In this document: positions 1 to 10,080 of the stretch, in pieces
Position numbering within the stretch: position 1 is the stretch's first letter
How the letters are laid out: each line of letters starts with the position of its first letter
From: an uncultured Rhizobiaceae bacterium
GTDB taxonomy: Bacteria; Pseudomonadota; Alphaproteobacteria; Rhizobiales; Rhizobiaceae
Reading direction: 5' to 3'
Length of the DNA: 64,000 bases
Assembly (NCBI GenBank): GCA_958296345.1
Contig: CATQIJ010000005.1
Location: 72 to 64,071 of the forward strand
Position numbers and translations under genes: made by a program
Notes under the pieces: generated by a model
What the model saw: the letters and a program-made list of their open reading frames with translations, nothing else
What the model was told of the DNA's origin: nothing
Databases searched by the model: none

Positions 1-65
1 GAAAACTTCATAAGTCAAATGCTAATATGATAAAACGTAATTAAACATGGAAAGCTTAATCCATT

Positions 66-1316
66 ATGGAAAAGCACGCAGAGCCTATTTATCTATCAGG
101 ACCTTTAACACCCAAAGCCACTACAGCCAGTATCTGTTGGCAATGTTTTAGTTGGTGGCAATGCACCGGTTGTTGTGCAGTCCATGACCAATACAGATAC
201 CGCCGATATTGATGGAACTGTTGCTCAAGTGGCAGCCCTCCATAAAGCAGGGTCAGAGCTTGTCCGCATTACCGTTGATAAAGACGAGGCTGCTGCAGCA
301 GTTCCAAAAATACGTGAGCGCTTAGAACGCTTGGGCATTGATGCACCCTTGATTGGTGACTTTCATTATATCGGTCACAAACTTTTGGCTGACCACCCAG
401 CCTGTGCTGAAGCGCTTGCAAAATACGGATTAATCCGGGCAACGTTGGCTTTAAGGAAAAGAAAGACAAACAGTTTTCCCAGATTATTGAAACAGCGCTT
501 AAATATAACAAACCAGTTTCGTATTGGTGTTAATTGGGATCTCTAGACCAAGCTTTGCTCACAAGGTCTGATGGACAAAAACCAAGACGAAAGCTTTCCG
601 CTTACCGCGGGCGAAGTAACCCGAGAAGCAATGGTGCAATCAGCACTATTATCAGCGCAACTTGCAAACGATATCGGCATGGCAGACGATAAAATTATTC
701 TCTCTGTAAAAGTCAGTCAGGTGCAAGATTTAATTGCCGTATATTGCGAACTTGCGCGCAGAAGCAACCATGCGCTTCATTTGGGGTTAACCGAAGCAGG
801 CATGGGCACAAAGGGCATCGTGGCTTCATCTGCCGCCATGGGAATATTATTACAACAAGGCATTGGTGACACAATCCGCATTTCCCTCACACCAGAACCG
901 GGCGGAGATCGTACGCGTGAAGTTCACGTCTCTCAAGAACTCCTACAAACCATGGGTTTTCGCTCTTTTGTGCCAATCGTAGCAGCCTGCCCCGGTTGCG
1001 GCGCACAACTTCTACCCACCTTCCAGGAACTGGCAAGTGACATCCAAAAACAATTGCGCGAAGACATGCCAGAATGGAAAACCAAATACCCAGGCGTTGA
1101 AGATTTAAAAGTCGCGGTCATGGGTGCATCGTAAACGGCCCAGGCGAATCCAAACATGCAGACATCGGCGTCGTATCACTCCCAGGCACAGGCGAAGAAC
1201 CCGCCGCCCCCGTCTTCATAGACGGCAAAAAAACTCATACGCTACGGGGCGCAAATATAGCGGGTGATTTCCGTAAGCTGGTTCAGGAGTATATTGAGAA
1301 TAGGTACGGTAACTAA
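66..1316 (+). pseudogene. ispG: 4-hydroxy-3-methylbut-2-enyl-diphosphate synthase IspG/GcpE, frame broken by multiple 1-nt indels
   Basis: ORFs 175..546 and 571..1134 plus stretches in the other + frames join into one full-length IspG. Recognisable segments: [34 protein letters not shown] (read in a shifted frame 427-517), LTEAGMG, CPGCG-(RTTST)-[17 protein letters not shown]-terminal ENRYGN-stop at 1314-1316. Indel sites seen at about 131, 427, 517-519, 536-538, 567, 1002, 1015-1017 and 1125. Confidence 0.85.
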
Positions 1317-1369
1317 GCAATTTTAGATTAGATTTTCATGAAAATCGGCTGGTAAATCAGATATTTTTG

Positions 1370-1741
1370 CTACTCTTGACACCCAGTAATTTGCTTACCA
1401 TCTGGCATAACTACAACACCCATCTCACTTTCTTTATATACAAAATCACCTTCTTCACAATAGAACCAATGATATTCTGATTGCATACTACAGCAATCGC
1501 CTACGGTGTATGTCATAACATTTTCACATACCCACGAAAGCTCACTAGCTAAATTAAATCTAGTATATTTTGAATGTATTTGATTCCTATTCATAATACC
1601 TTGAGCTAATTTTAGACCATAATCTGTAGTTGCAAATTCATCAATTTCCAGATTATTAAATTGATTGATATCAAAATCAAACTGATTTGTTTTCAAAAGT
1701 GCTTTTGATAACAAAAGGCATTCTTTCAACTCCATCAGCAT
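1370..1741 (-). CDS. hypothetical protein, 123 aa, AT-rich orphan ORF
   Basis: Uninterrupted ORF in a visibly AT-rich gap between ispG and ggt. It has no signal peptide or TM segment and is Cys/Trp/Tyr-rich in the C-terminal half. I recognise no family. Confidence 0.4.
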   Translation of the reverse strand: MLMELKECLLLSKALLKTNQFDFDINQFNNLEIDEFATTDYGLKLAQGIMNRNQIHSKYTRFNLASELSWVCENVMTYTVGDCCSMQSEYHWFYCEEGDFVYKESEMGVVVMPDGKQITGCQE

Positions 1742-1820
1742 ATCTACCTTGCTTAAAGATAAACAATTTTCAATCGCTCTCTTATGTTTTGTATGTGCGT
1801 TGAAAATTCATGTTAAAGCC

Positions 1821-3399
1821 CTAAGCACCACCTGCCATGCCATCCTTGCGCGGGTCAGAACCTGCGATCAGCACACCCTCTTCGTGGTCAATTTGTATAA
1901 CCTGCCCACCGCCATGCACAGCACCTTGCGTGCAGGTATGTCCCTTAGCTTCCAGCTGTGATTGAACTTCTGCGCTTATGCCAGACTCCAATTGCAATGC
2001 ACCTTTATCACCCAAAAAATACGCGGGTCATCGAGAGCTGTTGCGGATCCATGCCGTAATCCAACATGTTAGAAAGAACATGCGCATGTCCCATCGCTTG
2101 ATACGAACCACCCATCACACCAAAGGAGTGCGAGACTTTTCCGTTCTTTGTCACCATCGCAGGTATAATCGTATGGAAAGGTCGTTTACTTGAGCAATCG
2201 CATTGCATGACCTCGCGTGAATTAAACCAAGCCCTCTATTTTGTAAGATAATACCGGAGTTCGGCGTCATAATACTGACCCAAACCACTTGAAACAGAGT
2301 TGATAAAAGAAACCGCCATGCCATCACGGTCTACAACTGAGAGATAAATCGTATCAGAGCCAGTTGGGTCTGGTAGCGCAATCTTTGGGTTGTGCTTTTG
2401 AGGGTCAAAAAGCTTTGAAAGCTTGTCGATATGAGCGTCTAATGAAAGCGCATCGACTGAATAATTCATATGATCTTCATCTGCTATATAGGCATCACGC
2501 GCGGCGTATGAGATACGACCAAGCTCCATCTCCAAATGCGCACGTTCGACGGAATCAACACCCCTCGCCAGCTTTAAGTTTAGCAAGTAGTTTAACGAGC
2601 ATAATAGCTGTTAAACCTTGGCCATTTGCGGAATCTCATGAAGCGTGTGGCCTTGATATTCTGTCGAAATGAGATCGGCCCAATCAACTGACGCATTACC
2701 CAAATCTTCTTGCGTCAAAAATCCGCCAAGGCTTTGAACGGTATCTGCAATATCCTTAGCAATAGCACCTTCATAAATTGCGCTAGAGCCCTTCATTGCG
2801 ACTTCACGCAAGGTTTCTGCCAAAAGCGGCATATGAAACCTTTCACCAACCTTTGGTGATGCTCCATTCTTTAAAAGATTGGCGCTAGCTATGTCATTCT
2901 TCTTGAGTTTTTCAACATTCTGCGCCCAGTCTTTTGCGACACGGGGAGCTATTGGAAACCCTCCTTCAGCATAGTGAATCAGCATCTGCAAATAATCTTA
3001 CAAAATCAGTACGCCAAATTTCTGGTGCATGGCCTCCCAGGCTTTTACAGACCCAGGCGTTGTAACCGCATGAGGAGATGTTTCTTCAAATGCGCAAAAT
3101 CCATTTTCTAAATACCAATCAAGATTAGCCCCTTTTGCGGATCGTCCCGAACCATTAAGTCCATGAAGCGTCCCATCAGCCTCACCAATAATGGCAAAAC
3201 AATCACCACCTAAGCCGGTCATATGCGGCTCTACCACACAAAGCGTCGCTGCCGCTGCTATGGCAGCATCCACCGCATTTCCACCTTCTTTTAATATTGA
3301 TAAAGCAGTTGTTGTTGCCAACGCATGTGATGTAGCAACAGCACATTCACTAGCAAAAACAGGGGAACGTCCTGGAAATGCAAAATCTCTAACCAACAA
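1821..3399 (-). pseudogene. ggt: gamma-glutamyltransferase, fragmented by at least 4 frameshifts
   Basis: Five collinear minus-strand ORF pieces (2998..3399, 2611..2991, 2236..2586, 2008..2208, 1821..2015) together give a GGT. Recognisable segments: N-terminal SILKEGGNAVDAAIAAAATLCVVEPHMTGLGGD, autoprocessing region GSDTIYLSVVDRDGMAVSFINS, C-terminal [28 protein letters not shown]. Confidence 0.85.
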
Positions 3400-3493
3400 A
3401 ATAATCCTTACAAAAATTAAGCATACACGTGGAAAACTCCACTTTCAAAGTGCAAATAATAGAAATTACGCCAACACTAGGTTAATAGAAAAT

Positions 3494-3511
3494 TAAGATA
3501 ATTTTATCTTA
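3494..3511. promoter_or_regulatory. perfect 8-2-8 dyad TAAGATAA-TT-TTATCTTA just upstream of the GlcG-like gene
   Basis: Read directly from the sequence. The dyad ends 13 nt before the ATG at 3524. It is a possible operator; no regulator is assigned. Confidence 0.25.
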
Positions 3512-3523
3512 CAGGGGTGATAA

Positions 3524-3958
3524 ATGACGCTTTTAACTTTAGGACGAGCAAACCGTATTATTAACGTAGCTTTCGAAAAAGCTGAGCAAAAGGGTTACAA
3601 ACCTCTTGCGTGTATTGTTATGGATGCAGGAGGAAACATTAAAGCTTTCAAATCACAAGACGGCGCCTCAAATGGCCGTTTTGATGTAGCACGCGGCAAA
3701 GCAAATGGCGCATTGGCAGTTGGAACAGGTAGCCGCTGGCTAGATGAACAAGCTAAAGCACGCCCACATTTTCTTGCGGGGTTAGGATCTGTGGTACAAG
3801 GTGGCATCGTGCCAGTACCAGGCGGAGTTCTTGCAAAAGACTCTCAGGGAAGAGTTGTTGCTGCGGTCGGAATTTCGGGCGACACTTCTGATGCCGATGA
3901 AGAATGTGCGGCATACGCAGTTAGCGCTGCAGAACTAGAGCCTGACACAGGCGGATAA
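3524..3958 (+). CDS. GlcG/HbpS-like heme-binding protein (DUF336 family)
   Basis: 144 aa with the family-typical pattern ACIVMDAGGN..KANGAL..GGIVPVPGG..VAAVGISGDTSDADEECA. Confidence 0.75.
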   Translation: MTLLTLGRANRIINVAFEKAEQKGYKPLACIVMDAGGNIKAFKSQDGASNGRFDVARGKANGALAVGTGSRWLDEQAKARPHFLAGLGSVVQGGIVPVPGGVLAKDSQGRVVAAVGISGDTSDADEECAAYAVSAAELEPDTGG

Positions 3959-3986
3959 ATTGATATTTTTGGCGGGGGATTTGTCT

Positions 3987-4481
3987 TTAATACCCGCCAT
4001 AACCTCCACCACCACCAACTTGCACATCACGGGTAGCGGATCGAATTGAAACCGAGAACCCTGCAAGCACATCAATCAGCGCAATAACCATTAATATAAA
4101 GAATACGGAGTGCGCAGCACTTGCTACAATTAAAAACTCCACCAAATAAGCGATAAATACAAACGTAGATAGCAAGTGATCAATTATCGAATTTGCGCCA
4201 ACACGAGTTGCTTTAATAATTTCAAAAAACAAAAGCAATAAACCAAGACCAATCATCAGGTCTCCCATAGTCATGACCCAAGCAGCGCCAGAAATCATTG
4301 TTAGCTCAGTGACTTGTTGATCCCAGACGACTATGCCGCCGTTTAAAAATATCTGAATGTTGTAAACAACAAACGGAACAATCAGCAGTGGAACATTTGT
4401 AAGCATTATAACTCCCCCGAACAAAACATTACCTAAAGCATTTTCCGTGAAATTGGTCTCAAATTCACGATAAGAAAACAC
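3987..4481 (-). CDS. small integral membrane protein, function unknown
   Basis: 164 aa ORF with about 4 hydrophobic helices and a Gly/Tyr-rich C-terminus (GGGGGYGGY). The start codon is uncertain; internal Met codons are possible starts. Confidence 0.5.
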   Translation of the reverse strand: MFSYREFETNFTENALGNVLFGGVIMLTNVPLLIVPFVVYNIQIFLNGGIVVWDQQVTELTMISGAAWVMTMGDLMIGLGLLLLFFEIIKATRVGANSIIDHLLSTFVFIAYLVEFLIVASAAHSVFFILMVIALIDVLAGFSVSIRSATRDVQVGGGGGYGGY

Positions 4482-4574
4482 GTTAAAACAGTTAGATAGA
4501 GCACATCATACAATTCAGAATAAACAAATATGTTCTAGCTACAGGCCTTAACATGATTTGCGCAAAAAATGTCA

Positions 4575-4606
4575 AAAAAAGGGCTGACATAAAGTCAGCC
4601 CTTTTA
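4575..4606. terminator. bidirectional rho-independent terminator downstream of rpmF
   Basis: 9-bp stem AGGGCTGAC/GTCAGCCCT (4581-4589 / 4595-4603) with a 5-nt loop. It is flanked by an A-run (4575-4581) and a T-run (4603-4606). Confidence 0.6.
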
Positions 4607-4627
4607 ATTTGGATCAAACGAAAAGAT

Positions 4628-4813
4628 TTAAACAGAATCTTTTGGCTCAAGAATTTGACGGCCACGGTACATGCCTGATTTCAAGTCAATGTGGTGTGGA
4701 CGGCGCAATTCGCCTGAATCTTTATCTTCTACGTATGCTTTAGCTTTTAATGCTGTATCAGAACGACGGAAACCGCGTTTCATACGTGAAATTTTACTCT
4801 TAGGTACAGCCAT
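4628..4813 (-). CDS. rpmF: 50S ribosomal protein L32
   Basis: [18 protein letters not shown].. is the canonical L32 N-terminus. The ORF-track start (MSTM) lies 3 codons upstream and is unlikely to be used. Confidence 0.9.
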   Translation of the reverse strand: MAVPKSKISRMKRGFRRSDTALKAKAYVEDKDSGELRRPHHIDLKSGMYRGRQILEPKDSV

Positions 4814-4834
4814 TGTACTCACTCCGAATTTTCA

Positions 4835-4879
4835 TAAAAAAGGCTCTTTTGTAACGATAGTCACCCATCGCAAGAGCCT
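4835..4879 (-). promoter_or_regulatory. terminator-like hairpin plus U-run immediately 5' of the rpmF ribosome-binding site
   Basis: On the minus strand: AGGCTCTT..(23-nt loop with inner CGAT/ATCG pairing)..AAGAGCCT followed by TTTTTT. About 15 nt further on are GGAG and the rpmF ATG. Confidence 0.3.
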
Positions 4880-4990
4880 AAAAACATCTTGTTGGTGGTC
4901 ATATACATATTTTGGGTGCGTTTGGCTATAGGCAATCAACATTTTTTTGATTGCGAACAAATAAGCAAAGCAACATTTTTAAATCTAAGC

Positions 4991-5788
4991 TTATTTCAAA
5001 CACCTCACATAAGCACCAGAGGCCTTTGCCCGGCGCTGAACAATCCTGGCCACTCTATCCATCGAGCGTGTTGGTTTCGCAGCATTTCGTTTCTTTGGAT
5101 TTGGTAGGGTAACGGCCAGCAAAGATGAGTAGCGAGGGCCAAGCTTTTTAGCGCTACGTTTAAAATAAGTCTGCGCCGCCAACTCCACTCCAAAAACCCC
5201 CTTATCCCATTCCGCAATATTTAGATAGATTTCCATGATGCGTTTTTTGGGTAAAATAAGCTCAGCCATCATCGCATAAGGCACTTCAAGTCCTTTGCGA
5301 ATAAATGAACGGTTTGGCCACAAAAACAAATTTTTTACCAATTGCATCGTAATTGTGCTCGCTCCGCGTGTTTTTTCACCATCGATAGCATCTTCAATCA
5401 CCTGATTAAGCGCTTGCCAATCAACACCTGAATGACTGCAAAACTTGCCATCTTCTGAGCTTAAAACAGATTGATAAACCACTGGCGCCATAGCATCGAT
5501 ACCAACCCATTCTCGTTTTGCACCATGCCCAACAAGACTTTCCTTTACCATCACAGTAGAAACCGGGTGAACAAACTCAAAGCGGTATAAAAGTAACAAA
5601 GCGGCTGGCAATAGAAAGATTAAAATCAAAAATGCAAATACAAAACGAAGCATAAACTGCTTTAATGGACGACGTGACTTTAAAGCTTCAACAGCCCCAA
5701 CCTTCTCTATCTTTGGCTTTTTAACAGCCTTAGAGGTAGATTTTCGTGCCGTTGTACTCTTAGGTTTTGTTTTTGGTTTCGTTGCCAT
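4991..5788 (-). CDS. mtgA: monofunctional biosynthetic peptidoglycan transglycosylase
   Basis: Basic N-terminus and one TM helix, then GT51 motifs EDGKFCSHSGVDW, GASTITMQLVKN, RKGLE. Confidence 0.85.
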   Translation of the reverse strand: MATKPKTKPKSTTARKSTSKAVKKPKIEKVGAVEALKSRRPLKQFMLRFVFAFLILIFLLPAALLLLYRFEFVHPVSTVMVKESLVGHGAKREWVGIDAMAPVVYQSVLSSEDGKFCSHSGVDWQALNQVIEDAIDGEKTRGASTITMQLVKNLFLWPNRSFIRKGLEVPYAMMAELILPKKRIMEIYLNIAEWDKGVFGVELAAQTYFKRSAKKLGPRYSSLLAVTLPNPKKRNAAKPTRSMDRVARIVQRRAKASGAYVRCLK

Positions 5789-5899
5789 ATTTTCTTTTAG
5801 CGTAAACTTTTAATCAGCGAAACACTGCTTGACGCAATCAAGGCAAAGTGTCACGAAATTCCTCAAAATATGCACAAATGAACTGTCAGTTAAATTATC

Positions 5900-6817
5900 A
5901 TGTCCCAGTTAAAGCTAGAATTCAAAACTCTTTTAAAATCTCATGCCGAATTAGTTGAGAAAACGCTTATTGAACTTCTAGATGAGGCTTGTCTAGACTA
6001 TGAAATAGAACGCCCTGCTCGCTTAATGCAAGCAATGCGCCATTCATCTCTTGATGGGGGTAAACGCCTAAGACCTTTTTTAGTTATGGAAAGTGCCAAA
6101 TTATTTGACGTTAAACCAGATCAGTCAGTCCTTGCAGCTTGCGCTCTTGAGTGCATTCATTGTTACTCACTCGTGCATGATGATCTACCTGCAATGGATG
6201 ACGATGACTTGCGGCGCGGCAAACCAACTACTCATAAAGCTTATGACGAAGCAACGGCAATTCTAGCAGGTGACGCACTTTTAACCCTAGCTTTTGATAT
6301 TCTATCGCGTGAAGCAACACATACGAGTGCTACGACTAGAATTGAGCTCGTAAAACTCTTTGCCCAAAATTCTGGCCTCGGCGGTATGGTTGGCGGGCAA
6401 ATGTTGGATTTAGAGGCTGAGAAAAAAACATCAATCAGTAAAGAAGATATCCTCACTCTTCAGGCCATGAAAACTGGGGCACTTATACGCTGTGCATGTC
6501 ATGCTGGTGCAGTTCTTGGGAACGCATCAAAGGAAGAGCAACAAACACTTTTTGATTTTGGCGATATTATTGGCCAAGCCTTTCAACTTGTAGATGACAT
6601 CTTAGACGTAACATCTGACGCGCAAACAATGGGCAAAAAAACTTCTAAAGATGCTGATAAAGGTAAAGGCACTCTTGTCTCACTTTATGGATTAGAGGCA
6701 TCTCAAGCTCGTGCAGAAGAACTCCTTGAAATGGCAATTGAAACACTTGTTCCATTTGGTAAAAAGGCAGATATCTTGATTGAAGCAGCGCGGTTTACGA
6801 TTGAACGTAAAAATTAG
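5900..6817 (+). CDS. ispA: polyprenyl diphosphate synthase (farnesyl/geranylgeranyl-diphosphate synthase type)
   Basis: First Asp-rich motif LVHDDLPAMDDDDLRRGKPT and second motif FQLVDDILD. 305 aa. Confidence 0.8.
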   Translation: MSQLKLEFKTLLKSHAELVEKTLIELLDEACLDYEIERPARLMQAMRHSSLDGGKRLRPFLVMESAKLFDVKPDQSVLAACALECIHCYSLVHDDLPAMDDDDLRRGKPTTHKAYDEATAILAGDALLTLAFDILSREATHTSATTRIELVKLFAQNSGLGGMVGGQMLDLEAEKKTSISKEDILTLQAMKTGALIRCACHAGAVLGNASKEEQQTLFDFGDIIGQAFQLVDDILDVTSDAQTMGKKTSKDADKGKGTLVSLYGLEASQARAEELLEMAIETLVPFGKKADILIEAARFTIERKN

Positions 6818-7563
6818 ACGATTAAGCGCCAAAAGAAAACAGCACTCATTGTAAAGCCAACAATTGCAATTAAAGTTCTGACAGTTTCTTTTGACAGTGC
6901 TCGCGCTATAGGTGCGCCAGCATATCCACCTAGCGTTGCCGCTATCATCATAACAATTGCATAGTGCCATTCTACCAACCCGCCAATTGCAAATACAGCA
7001 ACTGATATAGCAGATAGAACAAATGATAGTCCGTTCTTCAGCCCATTCATTTCATGAATATCATTCATTGCCCAAAGCGCAAATAATGCCAGCAAGATGA
7101 TACCAAGACCACCATTGAAATAGCCACCATAAATACTCACAAAAAACAAGCCAAATGCACCAAACGGCGTTACAGCTCGGTTTTTACTCTCCGCCCATTT
7201 TCTAATTTTATCACCATAAAGAAATGTAAGCGTTGCCCCAAACAACAAAAAGGGAACGACGATAGAAAATGCTTTGTTCGAAGAAACCAATAAAAGCAAA
7301 GAGCCAATTAGTCCGCCAATTATTGTAATCAAACTCAATCGAATGAGTTGTTTTCTATCAAAAACCTGCAACTCTTTTTTAAACCCTAACGCACCACTTA
7401 AATAGCCTGGAAAAACAGCAACACCGCTAGTTGCATTTGCAATTACAGGCGGCACACCAATAAAGACCAAAGCAGGAAACGTTAAGAACGTACCGCCGCC
7501 AGCAATCGTATTAAGAATACCAGCACTAAAGGCAGCAAGAGCAATGAGAAAATAATCAAACAT
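6814..7563 (-). CDS. TauE/SafE (TSUP) family anion exporter
   Basis: 249 aa with about 8 hydrophobic helices and the Gly-rich internally duplicated pattern typical of TSUP permeases. Confidence 0.7.
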   Translation of the reverse strand: MFDYFLIALAAFSAGILNTIAGGGTFLTFPALVFIGVPPVIANATSGVAVFPGYLSGALGFKKELQVFDRKQLIRLSLITIIGGLIGSLLLLVSSNKAFSIVVPFLLFGATLTFLYGDKIRKWAESKNRAVTPFGAFGLFFVSIYGGYFNGGLGIILLALFALWAMNDIHEMNGLKNGLSFVLSAISVAVFAIGGLVEWHYAIVMMIAATLGGYAGAPIARALSKETVRTLIAIVGFTMSAVFFWRLIV

Positions 7564-7570
7564 ATTAGTC

Positions 7571-8446
7571 TTACTTCAATCGTTCTCTAATCTGTTCAAT
7601 AATTTTATCAGAAACAACCTTGATACGCTGCAACTTCGCATAATCCTCATGCACAATATACCAGAAGGTTCTTGTAAATGAGACTTCATCTGGGAGAACT
7701 TTTTGTAATTGTGGATATTGTTTGGCAATAAAATCATGCAGAATACAAACACCGCCATCCGCTAAAGTTGCCTCTAATTGCACGTGAACACTTGAGCTTG
7801 TTAAAAATGGTTTGATGTCCGGTGAGACAAGAGGAATGTAATCAAGCTCTTTATCGTAAATTAAATCAGACACATAACCAATGCCGCGAATTCGCTTCAA
7901 ATCAGCAATTTCTTTTACCTGAGGGTTTGCATCTAAATATTTTTTCGTCCCATATAGATGCAGAGTATAATCAGAAATCTTGCGAAATTTTAAACGCCCT
8001 GATGTTGGTGCAGAAACTGCAATAGCGATATCAGCTTCACGCTTTGAAAGTGAAAATGTGCGCGGCATCGTTACAACTTGAAGCTCTAGCTTTGGATGCT
8101 TCTCACAAAGTTCTGCAGCACATTGAGCTAAAATACTGGTTGCCATTCCTTCAGGCGCTCCAACCCTCACAACACCAGAAACGCTATCCGCTTCACCACC
8201 AAATTCTGTCTGCGCAGCAATTGCACCAGTTTCCATCGCTTCAGCAATATTTACCAAACTTTGCCCTGCATCCGTTAGAGAGTATCCTTGTGGACTGCGA
8301 TCAAATAAATGAATTTTAAGAGACTGCTCCAGCGCCTTAACACGGCGCCCAACTGTTGCATGATCAACAGAGAGTTGCTGACCAGCGAGACTTAACTTAC
8401 CAGTACGTGCAACTGCTAAAAAATATCTGTAATCATCCCAGTTCAA
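7571..8446 (-). CDS. LysR-family transcriptional regulator, divergent from mmsA (MmsR-like position)
   Basis: N-terminal wHTH YFLAVARTGKLSLAGQQLSVDHATVGRRVKALE followed by a LysR substrate-binding domain. 291 aa. Confidence 0.85.
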   Translation of the reverse strand: MNWDDYRYFLAVARTGKLSLAGQQLSVDHATVGRRVKALEQSLKIHLFDRSPQGYSLTDAGQSLVNIAEAMETGAIAAQTEFGGEADSVSGVVRVGAPEGMATSILAQCAAELCEKHPKLELQVVTMPRTFSLSKREADIAIAVSAPTSGRLKFRKISDYTLHLYGTKKYLDANPQVKEIADLKRIRGIGYVSDLIYDKELDYIPLVSPDIKPFLTSSSVHVQLEATLADGGVCILHDFIAKQYPQLQKVLPDEVSFTRTFWYIVHEDYAKLQRIKVVSDKIIEQIRERLK

Positions 8447-8481
8447 ACTGTCCTCATCTTGGTGTAGAGTGGTTTCTAGTT

Positions 8482-8499
8482 TTGTGCATTATTGCACAA
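8482..8499. promoter_or_regulatory. perfect 7-4-7 dyad TTGTGCA-TTAT-TGCACAA in the LysR/mmsA divergent promoter region
   Basis: Read directly from the sequence. Its position, 36 nt from the LysR start and 80 nt from the mmsA start, fits a LysR-type operator. Confidence 0.35.
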
Positions 8500-8578
8500 C
8501 AAAAAGGATTTATAGCCTATTGGTAGGTTAAAAATAAACATTTAAAAAGAAAAAAATGATTTCTGAGGAGAAAATCTA

Positions 8579-10078
8579 GTGAGAAGTATTCCACATTATA
8601 TAAATGGCGCACGCGTCGAAGGCACTTCTGGACGCACAGCTGATGTGTTCAATCCTGCAACTGGTGAAGTTCAAGCACAGGTGCAATTAGCAAATGCATC
8701 TGAATTAAATGCAGCCATTGCAAGCGCAAAAGAAGCACAAGTTGCATGGGGTGCTACAAACCCGCAAAAGCGCGCACGCGTTATGATGAAGTTTGTAGAC
8801 CTTCTAAATCGCGACATGCAACAGCTTGCCGAAATGCTTTCATCAGAACACGGTAAAACAGTTCCAGATGCTAAAGGCGATGTTCAACGCGGCCTTGAAG
8901 TTGCAGAATTTTGTATTGGTGCTCCGCATCTTCTAAAAGGTGAGTTCACTGAAGGTGCTGGCCCTGGCATTGACATGCACTCAGTAAAACAGCCGCTCGG
9001 TGTTGTGGCTGGCATTACACCTTTCAACTTCCCGGCGATGATCCCAATGTGGAAGTTTTGCCCGGCAATTTCATGTGGTAACGCATTTATCCTTAAAGCT
9101 TCCGAACGCGATCCATCCGTACCCGTAATGCTTGCAGAACTTATGAGCGAAGCAGGTCTTCCAGATGGTATCCTACAAGTCGTGCATGGCGATAAAGAAG
9201 CCGTAGATGGCATTCTTGATCACGAAGACATCATGGCTGTTGGTTTTGTTGGTTCAACACCAATCGCTGAATATGTTTACTCACGTGCTTGCGCAAACGG
9301 CAAACGTGCTCAATGTTTTGGTGGTGCTAAAAACCACATGATCATTATGCCTGATGCAGACATGGACCAAGCAGTAGACGCGCTTATCGGTGCGGGCTAC
9401 GGCGCAGCTGGCGAACGTTGTATGGCAATATCTGTTGCTGTCCCAATCGGCGAAGATACGGCTGATCGCTTGATGGAAAAGCTCACACCGCGCGTTGAGA
9501 ACCTAAAAATTGCGCCATATACCGCCGGCGATGATGCAGACTTTGGTCCACTTGTAACCAAAGAAGCCCATTCCCGCGTTAAAGGTTACATTGATGCTGG
9601 CGTCAAAGAAGGTGCAGACTTAGTTGTCGATGGTCGTGACTTCAAAATGCAAGGCTACGAAAATGGTTACTTCATTGGCGGCTGCCTCTTCGACAACGTG
9701 ACAAAAGACATGTCGATCTACAAAGAAGAAATCTTCGGCCCCGTACTTTCAGTAGTGCGCGCAAAAGATTACGAAGAAGGCATCGACCTTGCCATGACTC
9801 ATGAATACGGCAACGGCGTTGCCATTTACACCCGTGATGGCGATACAGCGCGCGATTTTGCAAACCGCATTAACATTGGCATGGTTGGTATCAACGTCCC
9901 AATCCCTGTGCCGCTAGCCTACTACACATTTGGCGGTTGGAAACGTTCAGGCTTTGGCGACTTAAATCAACACGGTCCAGATGCTTACAAGTTCTACACA
10001 AGAACAAAAACCATCACATCACGTTGGCCTTCAGGCATCAAAGAAGGTGCTGAATTCTCAATTCCAACGATGGATTAG
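8579..10078 (+). CDS. mmsA: methylmalonate-semialdehyde dehydrogenase (CoA-acylating)
   Basis: 499-aa aldehyde dehydrogenase with GTG start preceded by GAGGAG. Contains ITPFNFPAMIPMWKF and the catalytic-Cys context GAAGERCMA. It sits within a valine-catabolism gene set. Confidence 0.9.
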   Translation: MRSIPHYINGARVEGTSGRTADVFNPATGEVQAQVQLANASELNAAIASAKEAQVAWGATNPQKRARVMMKFVDLLNRDMQQLAEMLSSEHGKTVPDAKGDVQRGLEVAEFCIGAPHLLKGEFTEGAGPGIDMHSVKQPLGVVAGITPFNFPAMIPMWKFCPAISCGNAFILKASERDPSVPVMLAELMSEAGLPDGILQVVHGDKEAVDGILDHEDIMAVGFVGSTPIAEYVYSRACANGKRAQCFGGAKNHMIIMPDADMDQAVDALIGAGYGAAGERCMAISVAVPIGEDTADRLMEKLTPRVENLKIAPYTAGDDADFGPLVTKEAHSRVKGYIDAGVKEGADLVVDGRDFKMQGYENGYFIGGCLFDNVTKDMSIYKEEIFGPVLSVVRAKDYEEGIDLAMTHEYGNGVAIYTRDGDTARDFANRINIGMVGINVPIPVPLAYYTFGGWKRSGFGDLNQHGPDAYKFYTRTKTITSRWPSGIKEGAEFSIPTMD

Positions 10079-10080
10079 AA

